A stretch of DNA of 64,000 nucleotides, from positions 50,096,001 through 50,160,000 of the forward strand of contig NC_043006.1 in the NCBI RefSeq assembly GCF_006345805.1. Reading direction: 5' to 3'. Source of the stretch: Octopus sinensis. Its lineage: Eukaryota. Of this stretch, positions 23,985-37,068 are shown piece by piece; position 1 is the first letter of the stretch; each line of letters starts with the position of its first letter. The notes below the pieces were generated by a model. The model was not told where the DNA came from. It saw only the letters and a program-made list of their open reading frames with translations, and searched no databases. The translations under genes were made by a program, and so were the position numbers.

Positions 23985-24850
23985 AATGAGCAGAAGACTA
24001 TGCATGGATATGTTAATGGAAAGTTCCGTGATGATAGTAACATCGATCATCAAAGCAGTTTACCTCCCACTTTGAAGGGTATATGTTTGCAATCCAGGAA
24101 CAGGAAATATCAACCAAGTACCTGATGCACAAAAGGGATAAAGATGCAGGAAAGCCGTAAAATATGACAACCGACGTAGACTTTGTGGAGTTCACACTGA
24201 AGTTATCACCCACATCACAAGCAGTTGTTCGAAAATATCATCACGGTATTATCTACCGATGAGACATGATGTTGTAGCTAGGACACTCTATAATGAAATC
24301 CGTCGGAAGGATAATCCCGACGACAAATAAACAAAAAACCACAATGTGGTAGAAGCCATAGCCACTCAAAGTAAAAAGGCATATTGGTAGAATGTACAAG
24401 TGAAGACCTCAATAAAATGTAAACACAACAGATCTGATATAATGATTTGGGATTGAGAAGAGAAACTGCACAGTCGTGGAAATTAGCTGCCCAGTGGATG
24501 TTAACATAAAGCTGAAGATCAGCGAAAAAAAGAACACCTATGCTGAATTAGTGAGAAATCTGCAGATACTCTATCCATATTACAAGTTCAGGTTTATACC
24601 TGTAATTATTGGGCCCCTGGGATATGTAACACACTGCCTAAATACCAATCTTGAGAAATTGGGCTTCTCAAAACCAGAAAGGAGAAAGCTAATTCGAAGA
24701 CTACAGGTCCAATCCATCACTGGAACTGTAAAAAATCTGTAAGACTTTCCAGGAGTTTATCATTTAAATATATATGAGCTTGTCTATATATGAAACTATA
24801 TGCATGAGAATACATACGTAAAGCATACAAATCTGCACATACATATATAC
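23985..24850 (+). mobile_element. R4-like RLE non-LTR retrotransposon 3' fragment flanked by (ACAT)n
   Basis: Degenerate FAIQEQEISTKY...RLCGVHTEVITHITSSC...RHDVVA...EISCPVD...EKKNTYAEL...IPVIIGPLG: a CCHC-like knuckle followed by a PD-(D/E)xK endonuclease region. Confidence 0.8.
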
Positions 24851-25048
24851 ATATACATATACATACATGCATACATACATACATACATACATACATACAT
24901 ACATACATACATAAAAAAAAAAATACACTGTTGTTGATGTTGAATTTCCAATGAAGGTGCCTTGAATCTAGGCTCTTTTAGCAACTGGCTCTTATTCTAT
25001 TGGCAAGAAATCTTGAAATAAAGCTGGACAGTGACATAAATACGTACC

Positions 25049-25085
<37 letters not shown>

Positions 25086-25196
25086 GACAACCATTCTCTC
25101 GACGCGACGTAATTGATTACTAAAGAGAGAGAGAGGGAAAACTGAGGAGAGAATAGATAGATAGATCGAGAGAGAGAGAGAGAGAGAAAGATATAG

Positions 25197-25230
<34 letters not shown>

Positions 25231-26565
25231 CAACTTCAGTTATTATTAATGCCAGCGGAAGGGTTAAATGCAACGTGCACATCGGTTGGATTTGAACTTA
25301 GTCCGTTAGGAACTGGAACAAATGCACTGTATTCGAGGTTATGGCTTCGCCAATTTATAGATGTATTCAATGTCTTTTTTGTTCAAGACAACGTAGTTTG
25401 ATTTGGCTGCTATAACTAGTAAATCAAGATACCACGTAATATATAAGGCTATTTTATTTGTCACGTATAATAATATTAACTGGTTAAATTGCAGCTCTGA
25501 GTTGAAAAGATTTAATAAGTACGGTTTGCAGACAGTTCGGCTCTAAGAAGCTCCCTTAGCTGAAATTGCCGAATGACAATGGAGAACGTATACTACTCTC
25601 AAAAAAAAAAAAGAAATCACAAAATCCAAGCAGTTCTCTGTGAAAAATCCTTATATTACTTACCTTAGACTCTGTCGTTATATTGATCACCCTTAAGGCG
25701 GCGAAGTAAGCCGCTGGACAAAATGTTAAAATTTTGTCAAAATCAACTTTGCCTTTCATCCTTTCGGGATCAATAAAATAAGTACCAGTTGAGCACTGGG
25801 GGTCAATGTAATCGACTTAACCCTCCCCCGAAATTGTTGGCCTTGTGCCAAAATTCGAAACCGTTATATTGACCACCCTTAAAATCTTACCAATGTTTCG
25901 CTGAAGGGGTCAAGTGAGACCGTAAATGATTGTTATTTTCACCAATTTGTTTTAAAGACTAGACGCATTTCAATCTGTATCACCTTTATTATCTAAGCAT
26001 TTAGATCAACTGCTTATTGTTTTTAGGCTTTATACAATAATAGCTTAAAAGCCTCACTCCATGCGGACTTTTAAGATAGCTTCTGCGAAACGCTGATTGG
26101 GCCTTCGGTGCAAAACTGAAGACAGCAATAATAAAACATTTATTGGCATCCTTCCATCTCAGATTTATATCACACAATATCACATTTGGAAGATTTTATA
26201 TCACTGCGACTTTTAGAGAACACTAAAGCAGCAGGGTAAACAACATGTTCCACATGGTTTATTCAGATTTGAACTGATAACATGAAAATACATTACTTTT
26301 TGGTAATAATAATTATCATTCTCTCAGCTATAGACACAAGGCCTGAAATTTTGGGGGAAGGAGCATAGTCAATTACTACGACCCCAGTGCCCAACTGGTG
26401 CTTATTTCAATGCCCCGAAAGCATAAAAGCAAAGTCAACTTTGCGGAATTTGAAGTCGGAACGTAAAGACGGACGAAATGCTGCTAAGCATTTTGCCCGG
26501 CGTGCTAACGATTCTGCTAGCTCGCAGCCTTAATAATAATAGTAGTAGTAGTAGTAGTAGTAGTA

Positions 26566-27100
26566 TGTATGCCGCTATCTCAGAAAGAATATAAGAGACG
26601 TCATGACAACATAGCAAGGATTGTCCACGAACATAAACCCGAAGGCATCATCGAAAATGATAATGCCAAGATCCTTTGGGATTTTATAATTCAGTGCGAC
26701 CATGAGATAGAGAATAGGAAACCAGATATAGTGTTAATTGAGAAAAGAAGCAAACGATGCTGGATCATAGATGTAGCATGCCCAGCTGATAATAAGGTAT
26801 GCGATAAGGAAGAAAGAAAAGTCGATAGATATGGCAGTTGTGGTCGCTGAAAAAGGTGTTAGTAGTATCAATATTTGTCGGAGCCCTGGGAACAGTAAGT
26901 AAAAATCTTGAGAAGTACATGGAACAAATAGGGGCTGCAAAGGGTGGAGCACTTGCAGGAAATAGCACTGCTTGAACCGCTCGAATACTCCGGATGGTGC
27001 CCGAAAAATAAGGGGTGTTACCTTAGTTCACTGATAATGAACAGCTGACACCGTAGTACATCTCCAGCGTTAGAAGCTGTACAAAGACAATAACAACAAC
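26566..27100 (+). mobile_element. R4/Dong-like RLE retrotransposon 3' fragment with internal deletions
   Basis: EYKRRHDNIARIVH...KILWDFIIQCDHEIENRKPDIVLIEK...IIDVACPAD, flanked by AAT/AGT and AAC/AAT runs. Confidence 0.8.
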
Positions 27101-27279
27101 AAGAACAACAACAACAATAATAATTACAAGGCCTGAAAATTTGGAGGAGAGGACTAGTCTATTACTCCGACCCCAGGGTTCCACTGGTTGTTAATTTGTC
27201 GACCCCGAAAGGATGAAAGGCAATGTCGACCTCGGCGGAATTTGAACACAGAACGTAAAGACAGACGAATCACCGCTAA

Positions 27280-27820
27280 GCAGTACCAGGCAGTGGCTCT
27301 CATGGCTGTTGAGCTTAACTGATTGGAAGTGTTATCATGCACATTGTTTTGTCTTGGTATAAAAGATGGGCTACAGTAAATATTCTGCTCAATACCACAG
27401 ATTTGCTTGTCAGTTGTTTGACCTTAACTAGTTGAGCATGTCCCTTAGTGGCTGACGATATGTGCATCTCTGATCACAAGCAGAAGTAGTGGGAGAGCAT
27501 CATAGCCGTGTGTTGAAAGGAATTCTTAGAGGTTTGGATAATTCACCTTTGGAAACATGAGTGGTTCGTTCAACATCCTTAAACAATCCTTATTCAGGGA
27601 CCTTTCGAGTGGGATGGGCTACTCGACCAGAAGAAAATTCTAACTGGGCCCCACCTGCAAGGTCATGCGCTGTTTATCTTGCTATGAGATCATCATGTCG
27701 CGCACATATGGTTGTGATGCATGCGTACGCTTATCAGACGGGTAGTCATGACGGGTATACTGGGCTTCGTATATTTTACCCCAGTGTCACTTTGATGGCT
27801 TGCACTGCGCTCTCACACTC
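27280..27820. mobile_element. Unclassified, apparently non-coding interspersed repeat (about 550 bp) ending in (AAT)n
   Basis: Colinear and highly similar to 51321-51876. No tRNA head and no recognisable protein domain. Confidence 0.75.
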
Positions 27821-27862
<42 letters not shown>

Positions 27863-29107
27863 CCTTTCTACTAAAAGTACAAGGCCTGAAAATTTGGAAG
27901 CGGGGACTAGTCTATTACTCCGACCCCAGTGTTCCACTGGTACTTAATTTGTCGACCCCGAAAGGATGAAAGGCAATATCGACCTCGGCGGAATTTGAAC
28001 ACAGAACGTAAAGACAGACGAATCGCCGCTAGCATTTTGCCCGACGTGCTAACGATTCTGCCAGCTCGCCACCTTAATAACAAAAACAACAAAAATAATA
28101 AGTTTTCTGTTGGTGTGAATGCGCGCGCGTGTGCGTTGGTGTATCTCAAGTATTATGGTTAAATTGAGTATAGCGTCTTAGCAGTTAAATATCTTATGAT
28201 ATTGTAAGAATAACTAATTGATCAAATATGAAAAAGAAAATGAAAGAAACTCCATCGCAGTATATCAGAATAGTGTAACAGATAAGTAAGAATGTAGTTC
28301 GCATTGTGAGAAACTCATATTAATGAAGTGATGGATTATCAAAAAAAAAAAAAAAAAAAAAATAATAATATATCAGAGTCATGTGCCAGACAGACAAAAT
28401 GTTTTGTAGTTTTAGGTTGTGTTGCTTAAAAGTAATGAGATTTGAGTTGACGCAGAGTGCAGGCTTTTAGACAGATAAATAGAAAGGCGAAAAGACACAC
28501 AATAAAAAGAGTAAATTGATGGATTAATAAATAATTCAATGGATCTTATTATCTATGCGTCCTTTTCAAGCCTAGCCAGGCTCATGGACCCGGGTTCCCG
28601 GTTTCTATGGCGTATGTGCTGCCCCCAGCTGGACGGGACGTCAGTCCATCGCAGCGTTACTTAAGAAACAGGAAGAAAGAGTAAGAGAAAGTTGGAGCCG
28701 GAGCCTCGTGGAGCTGTTACGTGTTTTCGCTCAATAAAGACATACAACGCCCGGTCTGGGAATCGAAACTGCGATTCTCCGACCGCGAATCCGCTGCCCT
28801 AACCACTGGGAATTCAATGGATAGATTATAGGAAGTACAATTGATATTTTAAAAAATTGAATAGAATGTAACTAAGTATTAACAGTGGATCTAGGCATTG
28901 TCTGGGTGTAGGCACATATAAATACATGGTGATTGCCCCATCTTCACTGATAATTGCTCCATCTCCACAGATGCTTACCGTCTCTCTAAGATTTTTTGTC
29001 GTCATTGACATTCCTGACTTTCTGTCAATGGCCTCTGAGTCGACTATTCAGTTCCGCTGCAGATCTGCATGTTTTGAAGCATAAGTGACTGACGAAAGTT
29101 GTAACTT

Positions 29108-29303
29108 ACTCTTTACTCTTTTTACTCTTTTTACTTGTTTCAGTCATTTGACCGCGGCCATGCTGGAGCACCGCCTTTAGTCGAGCAAATCGATCCCAGG
29201 ACTTATTTTTTGTAAGCCTAGTACTTATTCTATCGATCTCTTTTTGCCGAACCGCTAAGTTACGGGGACGTAAACACACCAGCATCGGTTGTCAAGCGAT
29301 GTT

Positions 29304-29354
<51 letters not shown>

Positions 29355-29491
29355 CATAAATACGACGGGCTTCTTTCAGTTTCCGTCTACCAAATCCACT
29401 CACAAGGCTTTGCTTGGCCCCTACGCAGTGGGACTGAACCCGGGACCATATGGTTGGTAAGCAAGCTACTTACCACACAGCTACTCCTGTG
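29108..29491 (-). mobile_element. SINE family A (internally deleted)
   Basis: Reverse-complement head and tail around a (CA)n tract. Confidence 0.85.
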
Positions 29492-30082
29492 CACTTCCAA
29501 TTTCACATATTGCCACTCTTCCATCGCCATAAGACTTTCAATAGATGGAATGACAAATGAGGTCACCATAAAGAGACCTCTATACATCACTGGATTATTG
29601 AGATAAATGCTTGTACAACACGAATGTCACTCTCTGAGTTTTCATGATTAGTACCTGGTGACAGGCCGAAGGGAAATGACCAGAAATTATGTGGAACTGC
29701 ATGTTATATACCAGTGTGTCTCTCCTCTTGAAGGATATTGTGACCACAGCTATGAGTCACTCACCCACAGTGGTTTTACTGAGCAACCTGACGCTATTTC
29801 ATTGATTATCATCTAGTATTTTTTCTCTTTTATTTTTTTAATGCGTTCCGCATGAAAAGACTTGCTATTTATACCCGGTCTTAAACCATTAAAAAAACAG
29901 CATAAATTGATTGAGTTTAAAAGAATGTGCTCATTGGGAAGAATCTTTTGGTGAAAACCTCATTAAAAATATTGTCTATGAAAAATGTAGTGTGGCATTA
30001 AGTGAGGAAAAATAATGGTAATCCACAAAATTGACTCTGAATCAAAATATCTCAGCTATTGTAATAGAAAACTACACAATGA

Positions 30083-30870
30083 TAAGGCGGCGAGCTGGCA
30101 GAAACGTTAGCACGTCGGGCGAAATGCTTAGCGGTATTTCGGCTGCCGTTACGTTGTTAGTTCAAATTCCGCCGAGGTCGACTTTGCCTTTCATCCTTTC
30201 GGGGTCGATAAATTAAGTACCAGTTACGCACTGGGGTCGATGTAATCGACTTAATACCTATGTCTGTCCTTGTTTGTCCCCTCTATGTTTAGCCCCTTGT
30301 GGGTAATAAAGAAATAAGTATTTCGTCTACCGATACGTTGTTAGTTCAAATTCCGCCGAGGTCGACTTTGCCTTTCATCCTTTCGGGGTCGATAAATTAA
30401 GTACCAGTTACGCACTGGGGTCGATATAATCGACTTAATCCGTTTGTCTGTTCCTGTTTGTCCCCTCTATGTTTAGCCCCTTGTGGGTAATAAAGAAATA
30501 AGTATTTCGTCTACCGATACGTTGTTAGTTCAAATTCCGCCGAGGTCGACTTTGCCTTTCATCCTTTCGGGGTCGATAAATTAAGTACCAGTTACGCACT
30601 GGGGTCGATATAATCGACTTAATCCGTTTGTCTATTCCTGTTTGTCCCCTCTGTGTTTAGCCCCTTGTGGGTAGTAAAGAAATAGGTATTTTGTCTGCCG
30701 CTACGTTCTGAGTTCAAATTCCGCCGAGGTCGACTTTGCCTTTCATCCTTTCGGGGTCGATTAAATAAGTACCAGTTACGCACTGGGGTCGATATAATCG
30801 ACTTAATCCGTTTGTCTGTCCTTGTTTGTCCCCCTCTGTGTGTAGCCCCTTGTGGGCTGTAAAGAAATAA
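30083..30870 (+). mobile_element. Deu/Nin-domain SINE with one head and four tandem 184-bp body units, flanked by a 16-bp TSD
   Basis: Units start at 30134, 30318, 30502 and 30686. GAAAACTACACAATGA occurs at 30067-30082 and 30871-30886. Confidence 0.9.
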
Positions 30871-30949
30871 GAAAACTACACAATGAAAGAGCACTATGAG
30901 AAGAATCTTATGGTGAAAACGTTGTCAAAAAATATTTGCTACGAACTTA

Positions 30950-32228
30950 CGAGGGGCGTTCAATAAGTAATGCCCCTGACCCACTTCCCATAGCAGTAGA
31001 GCAACGAAACTTGGCACAGTTATTAGTCTTTTTCTACATAGCAACCACCCAGAGTTACTCATTTCTCTCATTGTTTGATGCAGCTCTGGAGACCGTTTTT
31101 TGTAGAAGACCCTAGCTTGGTCCTCCAACCTGAACGTGACTTCAGAAATCAAGGCTGCATCATCTGGGAAACGCTTTCCTTTCAAAAACAACTTCATGAC
31201 TGGGAAGAGGTGAAAATCAGAGGGTGCAAGGTCAGGAAAGTAGGGGGATGGGGGAGGAGTTCATAGCCATACGCCTGTGCTTCTGATCTGGCGACAAGCG
31301 AGTTGTGGACCGGAGCGTTGTCCTGCAGGAGGAGGATGCTTTGCTGATCTTGCCCCACCTCTTGATTTTGATAGCTTCTCTTAATTTCCTCAAAAGTGAA
31401 GCATAATAGGCTCCTGTAATTGTGGTACCCTTTGCCAGGAAATCTGTCATCACTACTCCGTCCTGGTCCCAGAAGACTGTGAGCATGACCTTGCCAGCGG
31501 AGGGCTGTACCCTTGCCTTCTTTGGAGGGGGTGAGCCACGGTGCTTCCACTGCATTGACTGGGCTTTGGTCTCTGGATCATCGTGATGGACCCAGGTTTC
31601 ATCCTGTGTAATCAGTCTTTTGAAAAATTTTGACTCATCTTCTTGGCACATCTCCAAATTCACCCTCGAGCACTCGACGCGTTCTTGCTTCTGGAAAGGT
31701 GTGAGCAACCTGGGAATCCATCTGGCAGACACCTTTTGCATATGCAAATGGTCATGAATGATAGTTTCCACAGACCCGGTACTAATCTTGACCTCATGGG
31801 CTATTTGGCGAATAATTATGCGTCGATATTCCAAAATGGCAGCCTCAACTTGACGGACAGATGCCTCATCAATGGCAGAAGGGGGGCGACCAGATCTGGG
31901 AGCTGTTTCCACAGAGTTCCGACCATGTTTGAATTCACGATGCCAGCGTTTTACAAGGTCATATGATGGGGCATCATCACCATAAGTTACTTTCATTTCA
32001 TCAAAAGTCTCCCGTGGTGTGCGTCCTTTCAAATACAAAAACCGGATCACTGCTCGACACTCAACAGGCTCCATTTCACACTTGACTCGGTTCAAACACC
32101 TGTAAATCAGAAACCACAATTAATTCAGAGCTGTTATTTGCCACTTACTCTATAGAGATATAAATGATTGCACATGCAAAATTTCAACTGCAAGTGGGTC
32201 AGAGGCATTACTTATTGAACGTCCCTCG
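30950..32228 (-). mobile_element. Full-length mariner (DD34D) transposon with a frameshifted transposase
   Basis: About 37-bp TIRs CGAGGG(G/A)CGTTCAATAAGTAATGCC(C/T)CTGACCCACTT with TA on both sides. The ORF from 32074 reads MEPVECRAVIRFLYLKG...WIPRLL...QDETWVHH...QDNAPVH...HPP, split over three frames. Confidence 0.95.
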
Positions 32229-33787
32229 TAAGTAGTGTGACTTTAAATGACGAAAAAAGGTGCTAACGTTTCTACCAGCTCGCCGCCTTATGGAACAATA
32301 TATTACTTGCAGATTGCCATGTTCAGTATCTAGCCTCACTCTTTACAATTTGGTCTGTCGTTTTCTTGCTGGAGAATTTAAGGAAAAGGAAAAAAAAAAT
32401 GTGGTAAAAAATGTCGATTTCCTAAGGTTGAATCAAGGAGGATTCAGTTTCTTCATCGTTGTTGAAATTTTCAAATTAAGAAGAAATAGAAAAGGTGTTG
32501 AAAGGCTTCATCAACTTCAAAGAAAACCATCCGGAAAATTTATCAATGGTTACATTCCGTTAATGCTTTTAATATGTCAGGCAACTGTTGACTGTCACAG
32601 CACATTGGAGAAAATAGTATAATATTAACCAGATATGCGAATAGCCACCAAAGAAAAGCTGAGAAAAATGAAGCTAAAAGAAGCTCGGATCAAAATAAAT
32701 TTCTGAAATTGTTCATTAAATAGTGTGTGCACTTTATTGCTTTTTCTAATTTTCTGTTTTTATTGCAAATTTTTCAAATTAATATTTTTAATCAAAAAAT
32801 TTTTAGTATAAAGATAAACATTTTTGTCTTATTTGTAGAATTATTCGAAGGAAAAATATACAAGTAAATAAAATTAATTATAATTAGAGAAACGTAGCTT
32901 GGAAAGAAAGTGGACTAAACTGGAAAAATGCAGGCGCAGAGTGCTAGAATATTCTTAAGTATTGAACCTGGAAAAGTACAGGACAAGCAATTATTAAGTC
33001 TGAAAAAGTACAGGACTAGAACAAGAGACTTAAAATACAGCTGCTGAAGTTAGAATTTAAAAACTGAAATAGTAAAAAGTGCCCTTTTATATTTTTACTT
33101 AAAAGTTTAAATTAGAATACTCAAGAGGCTATTTTTTTCAATTTTAGTGAAAAGATTAATTGCCTCTAAGCTTACAAATTAAAAATTTAGCATTACAAAT
33201 TTTGTGCTTTCTGTGTCTAAAGAAATCGCATAGTAGCAATTTAAACAAAACTGATAATGTATTATAACCCCCAAGTTTTTTAAACAAAGGTTAGATAATT
33301 ATTTCTACAGTTTGCATTCAATTTGTTCATTAGCTTTCATTTTTAAATGTTCTTCTGACTGTAAATAGAGAATAGTTTATCTGATAATGTAAAATTTAAA
33401 GAAATGAACTCTTTTGTTTCTTAAAAATCTTTTTGCTATTTTTTAATTCTATTTTTGATTTATATATATTCTATATGAGTTTAATTTTTACACAATATTT
33501 GTAATTTAGAGGTTTTGGATAACGAGTTTTGTTATGAAAATAAAGAAATAATATAATACTAAAAATAAGACACAAATGATTTAGGCTGACACAAAGACAT
33601 TTTAAAAACAAAAGTATTAACATAGACACAGGCGTGGCTATGTGGTAAGAAGCTTGCTGTACAACCAAATGGTCCTCGGTTCAGTCCTACAGCATGGCAC
33701 CCTAGACAAATGTCATCTGCCATAGCTTTGGGCCGGCCAAAGTCTTGTGAGTGGATTTGGTAGACGGAAACTATATATGTATATATA

Positions 33788-33976
33788 TTCTTTTACTTGT
33801 TTTAGTCATTTGATTACGGCCATATTACAGCACCGCCTTAAAGGGTGTTAGTTGAAGAAATTGACCCCCGGACTTATTCTTTGTAAGCCTAGTACTTATT
33901 CTCTCGGCCTCTTTTGCCGAATCACTAAGTTACGAGGACATAAAACCACCAGTATCGGTTGTCCAGTGAGGGTGAG

Positions 33977-34021
<45 letters not shown>

Positions 34022-34240
34022 CATACACACACACATACACACACACAAATATGTATGTATATATATATATATATATATATACATACGCTGGGCTCCTTCC
34101 ACTTTCCGACTACCATATCCACTCACAAGGCTTTGATCGGCTCGAAGTTATAGTAGGAGATACTTGCGTAAGTTGCCACACAGTGGGACTGAACCCGGAA
34201 TCATGTAGTTGGGAAGCAAGCTTCTTATCACACAGGCACG
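33788..34240 (-). mobile_element. SINE family A (diverged)
   Basis: Reverse-complement tail and head around a (CA)n(TA)n tract. Confidence 0.75.
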
Positions 34241-34246
34241 CTTATA

Positions 34247-36298
34247 TCTTCTATAGATATAAAAGAGGATTCTGTCAGTCTGTTTGTTTGTTTGTCCAGC
34301 AAAATATAAGTAAATAGTTCAGGGGAAGCTATTATACTTTTTCTATTTATATAAAATCGAAATTATGTCTTTTTCTTTCTCCAGCAAAATGAAAATACCT
34401 GGTTCAAGGGAAGCTATTATGCTATTGCCTAATTTGTTTTAACAAAATTTATGCAACAGTACAACACTAATTGTGCACAAACTTATGAGGAACTGCAATG
34501 AGACAAATATTCTCACAGGTTGTGGTAAAGGTGACACTATCTTCATTCCTCGCATACCAGTTATACTATCTAACGTGCCATTCCAGTTTAAGCCGTTACA
34601 GTTTTCTATCCCTCTTTCTTTTGCCATGAGCATTAATAAAACTCAGGGCCAAACCCTAAAAGTTGCTGGATTGCCGCTTTAAGAACCATGCTTTTTATAT
34701 GGCCAACTTTATGTAGGGGCATCACGTGTGGGAGCTGCGTAATTTTTCTCAACAAAAATTATGCACTGGTATAACACTAATTGTGCACAAATTTATGAAG
34801 AACTGCATTGAGGCTAATGCACTCCGAATAAAGCAAAAATCATTGTTTATAAGGAAATATCCACTCTTATGTAGCATGAATACTTCAATAACTTAAATTA
34901 TCATTACTATCATTACTATCATTAAATTCAAGAATGAATATAACTGTCATTAGTTTATTGATAAATAAAATATCACACACAATTCATTTATTATTGTCAT
35001 ATAATAAACAATCAGAAGTTCGTGTATGAAATCCATCTTTTTTCTACTTCAATTATTACATGTTTTTCTCTTACATAATACACACATACAGGAGGAGTAA
35101 ATCTAAATCTGTAGTCGTAGTCTCACCCTGGTTCAGATTCAAAACTGAATCTTTCAATTCTCCTTGGACATACGGTCTATTCAAATGTCAAGAGAAACCG
35201 TGACAAATGGGTCTTCCACTTGACCTGTGACCTTCTCAGTGCTATCGCGCAGTCACTTGGATTCCACAAAGCAATTCTTCTATATGATATGGATATTTTT
35301 CTAGCTTCTTTCACGTTGAAACTGAATCTTTCAGTTCTTCGGTATACCGCCTATTCAAACGTCAAAAGGAACCGTGACAAATGGATGTTCCATTTAACCT
35401 GTCGCCTTTTCATTGCTACCGCAGTCATCAGGATTCCGTAAAGCTATTCTTCTGTATGATGTACCTATTTTTCTAGCTTCTCGGTTCAGATATAAATATA
35501 CAAACTTCCTTCAGATACGCAGACAAAATCTGACAGTGAAGCGATACGCACACAGACACAATTTCACAGGGAAACGGAAAACATCGACACACCCACAAAA
35601 AGACAATTCACATCAACAATTTCACAAGGAAATGAAGAACATCGACAAACATCAACAACATGCATTCCCACTCACAGACCTGTCTCGCTCTCACTACTGA
35701 CTTCTCTATCACACCTTGCATTCCTGTAATATAGCGTCAGAATTTCAGCACTAACACTGACAGGACACAGTATTTGTAATTTCATTGGACTATTACTTAC
35801 TGATGCCATGCCTTGCATTCTTGTAACATAGCGTCGGAATTTAAGCACTAACACTGACAGGACACAGCATTTGTAATTTCATTTGACTATTATCGACATA
35901 CCCACAAAAAGACAATTCAAATCAACAACATGCATTCCCATTCGCAGACCTGTTTTGCTTTCTCTAGCGACTGCTACAGTTAAACTTCTCCATCACACAA
36001 CGCCATGTCTGGTATACCTGTAATATAGCGACCATGCTTTTCACATGGTCAAGTTTATGCAGGAGCATAATGTGTGGAAGCCAAAGCAAGTCTTTTTGCT
36101 TATGCACTCCGAAATAAAACAAACAAAAAGAAAGACATTGTTTATAAGGAAATATTCACTCTTAATGCAGCATGAATACTCCAATGAATTATTTCACGTA
36201 GGTCATATTATTGTACGTAGGTCATGTTTCCTGGCGTTCCCTATGGCAGTAACAGCATATTTTCAGAGTCAACCGTCATACGACGGGTAAACCTCTAG
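34247..36298 (+). mobile_element. Non-autonomous Helitron (about 2.05 kb) with a PIF1-like helicase C-terminal fragment
   Basis: A^TC 5' end; 3' ccgtc/gacgg hairpin followed by CTAG^T. 34440-34740 encodes ILTGCGKGDTIFIPRIP...FAMSINKTQGQTL...GQLYVGASRVG. Confidence 0.8.
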
Positions 36299-36317
36299 TA
36301 TAAATAACACACACGCG

Positions 36318-36389
<72 letters not shown>

Positions 36390-36755
36390 ACACACACACA
36401 TACGTCATCAATTTCTGTAATTCTCTCCACCTACTATTTATCAATCTATTTATTTAGCTGTCTGTCTCCAGCACTTATGCAAGTGTGTGCGTATGGTAAG
36501 TCTCCCGTTGCTGGGATCAACCTGCACAGATGATTTGCTAATAGTGAAAACATGTTTGAACTGTACGTTAGCTCACTCCATCAGATCAACATTGCCTGAA
36601 CAGGCGTACAGTGTACCACACGTCAGGTGTCAAAGTGGTCCCAACTCCCGGTCTAGGAATTGAACCCACGATTTCGTGATTGCGAGAACGAAATCCTAGG
36701 TCTCAATCTCATGGAAGTGAATATATGTATGTGTGTGTGTGTATGTATACATACA

Positions 36756-36836
<81 letters not shown>

Positions 36837-36988
36837 GTATATATATATATATGCACGTATATATATATATATATGTACGTATATATATGTGTGTGTGTAT
36901 GTGTGCGTGTGTAATAAAGACACACACGCACATACATACGCTCGCACGCATGCACGCTCACACTTATGTATTAGACGCATATCTACCA

Positions 36989-37068
<80 letters not shown>

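Noticed and set aside
32260-32720. 120-aa ORF and a Lys/Glu-rich frame next to the mariner
   Set aside because: The ORF starts in a SINE fragment and shows no recognisable domain or splice chain. It may be transposon debris.
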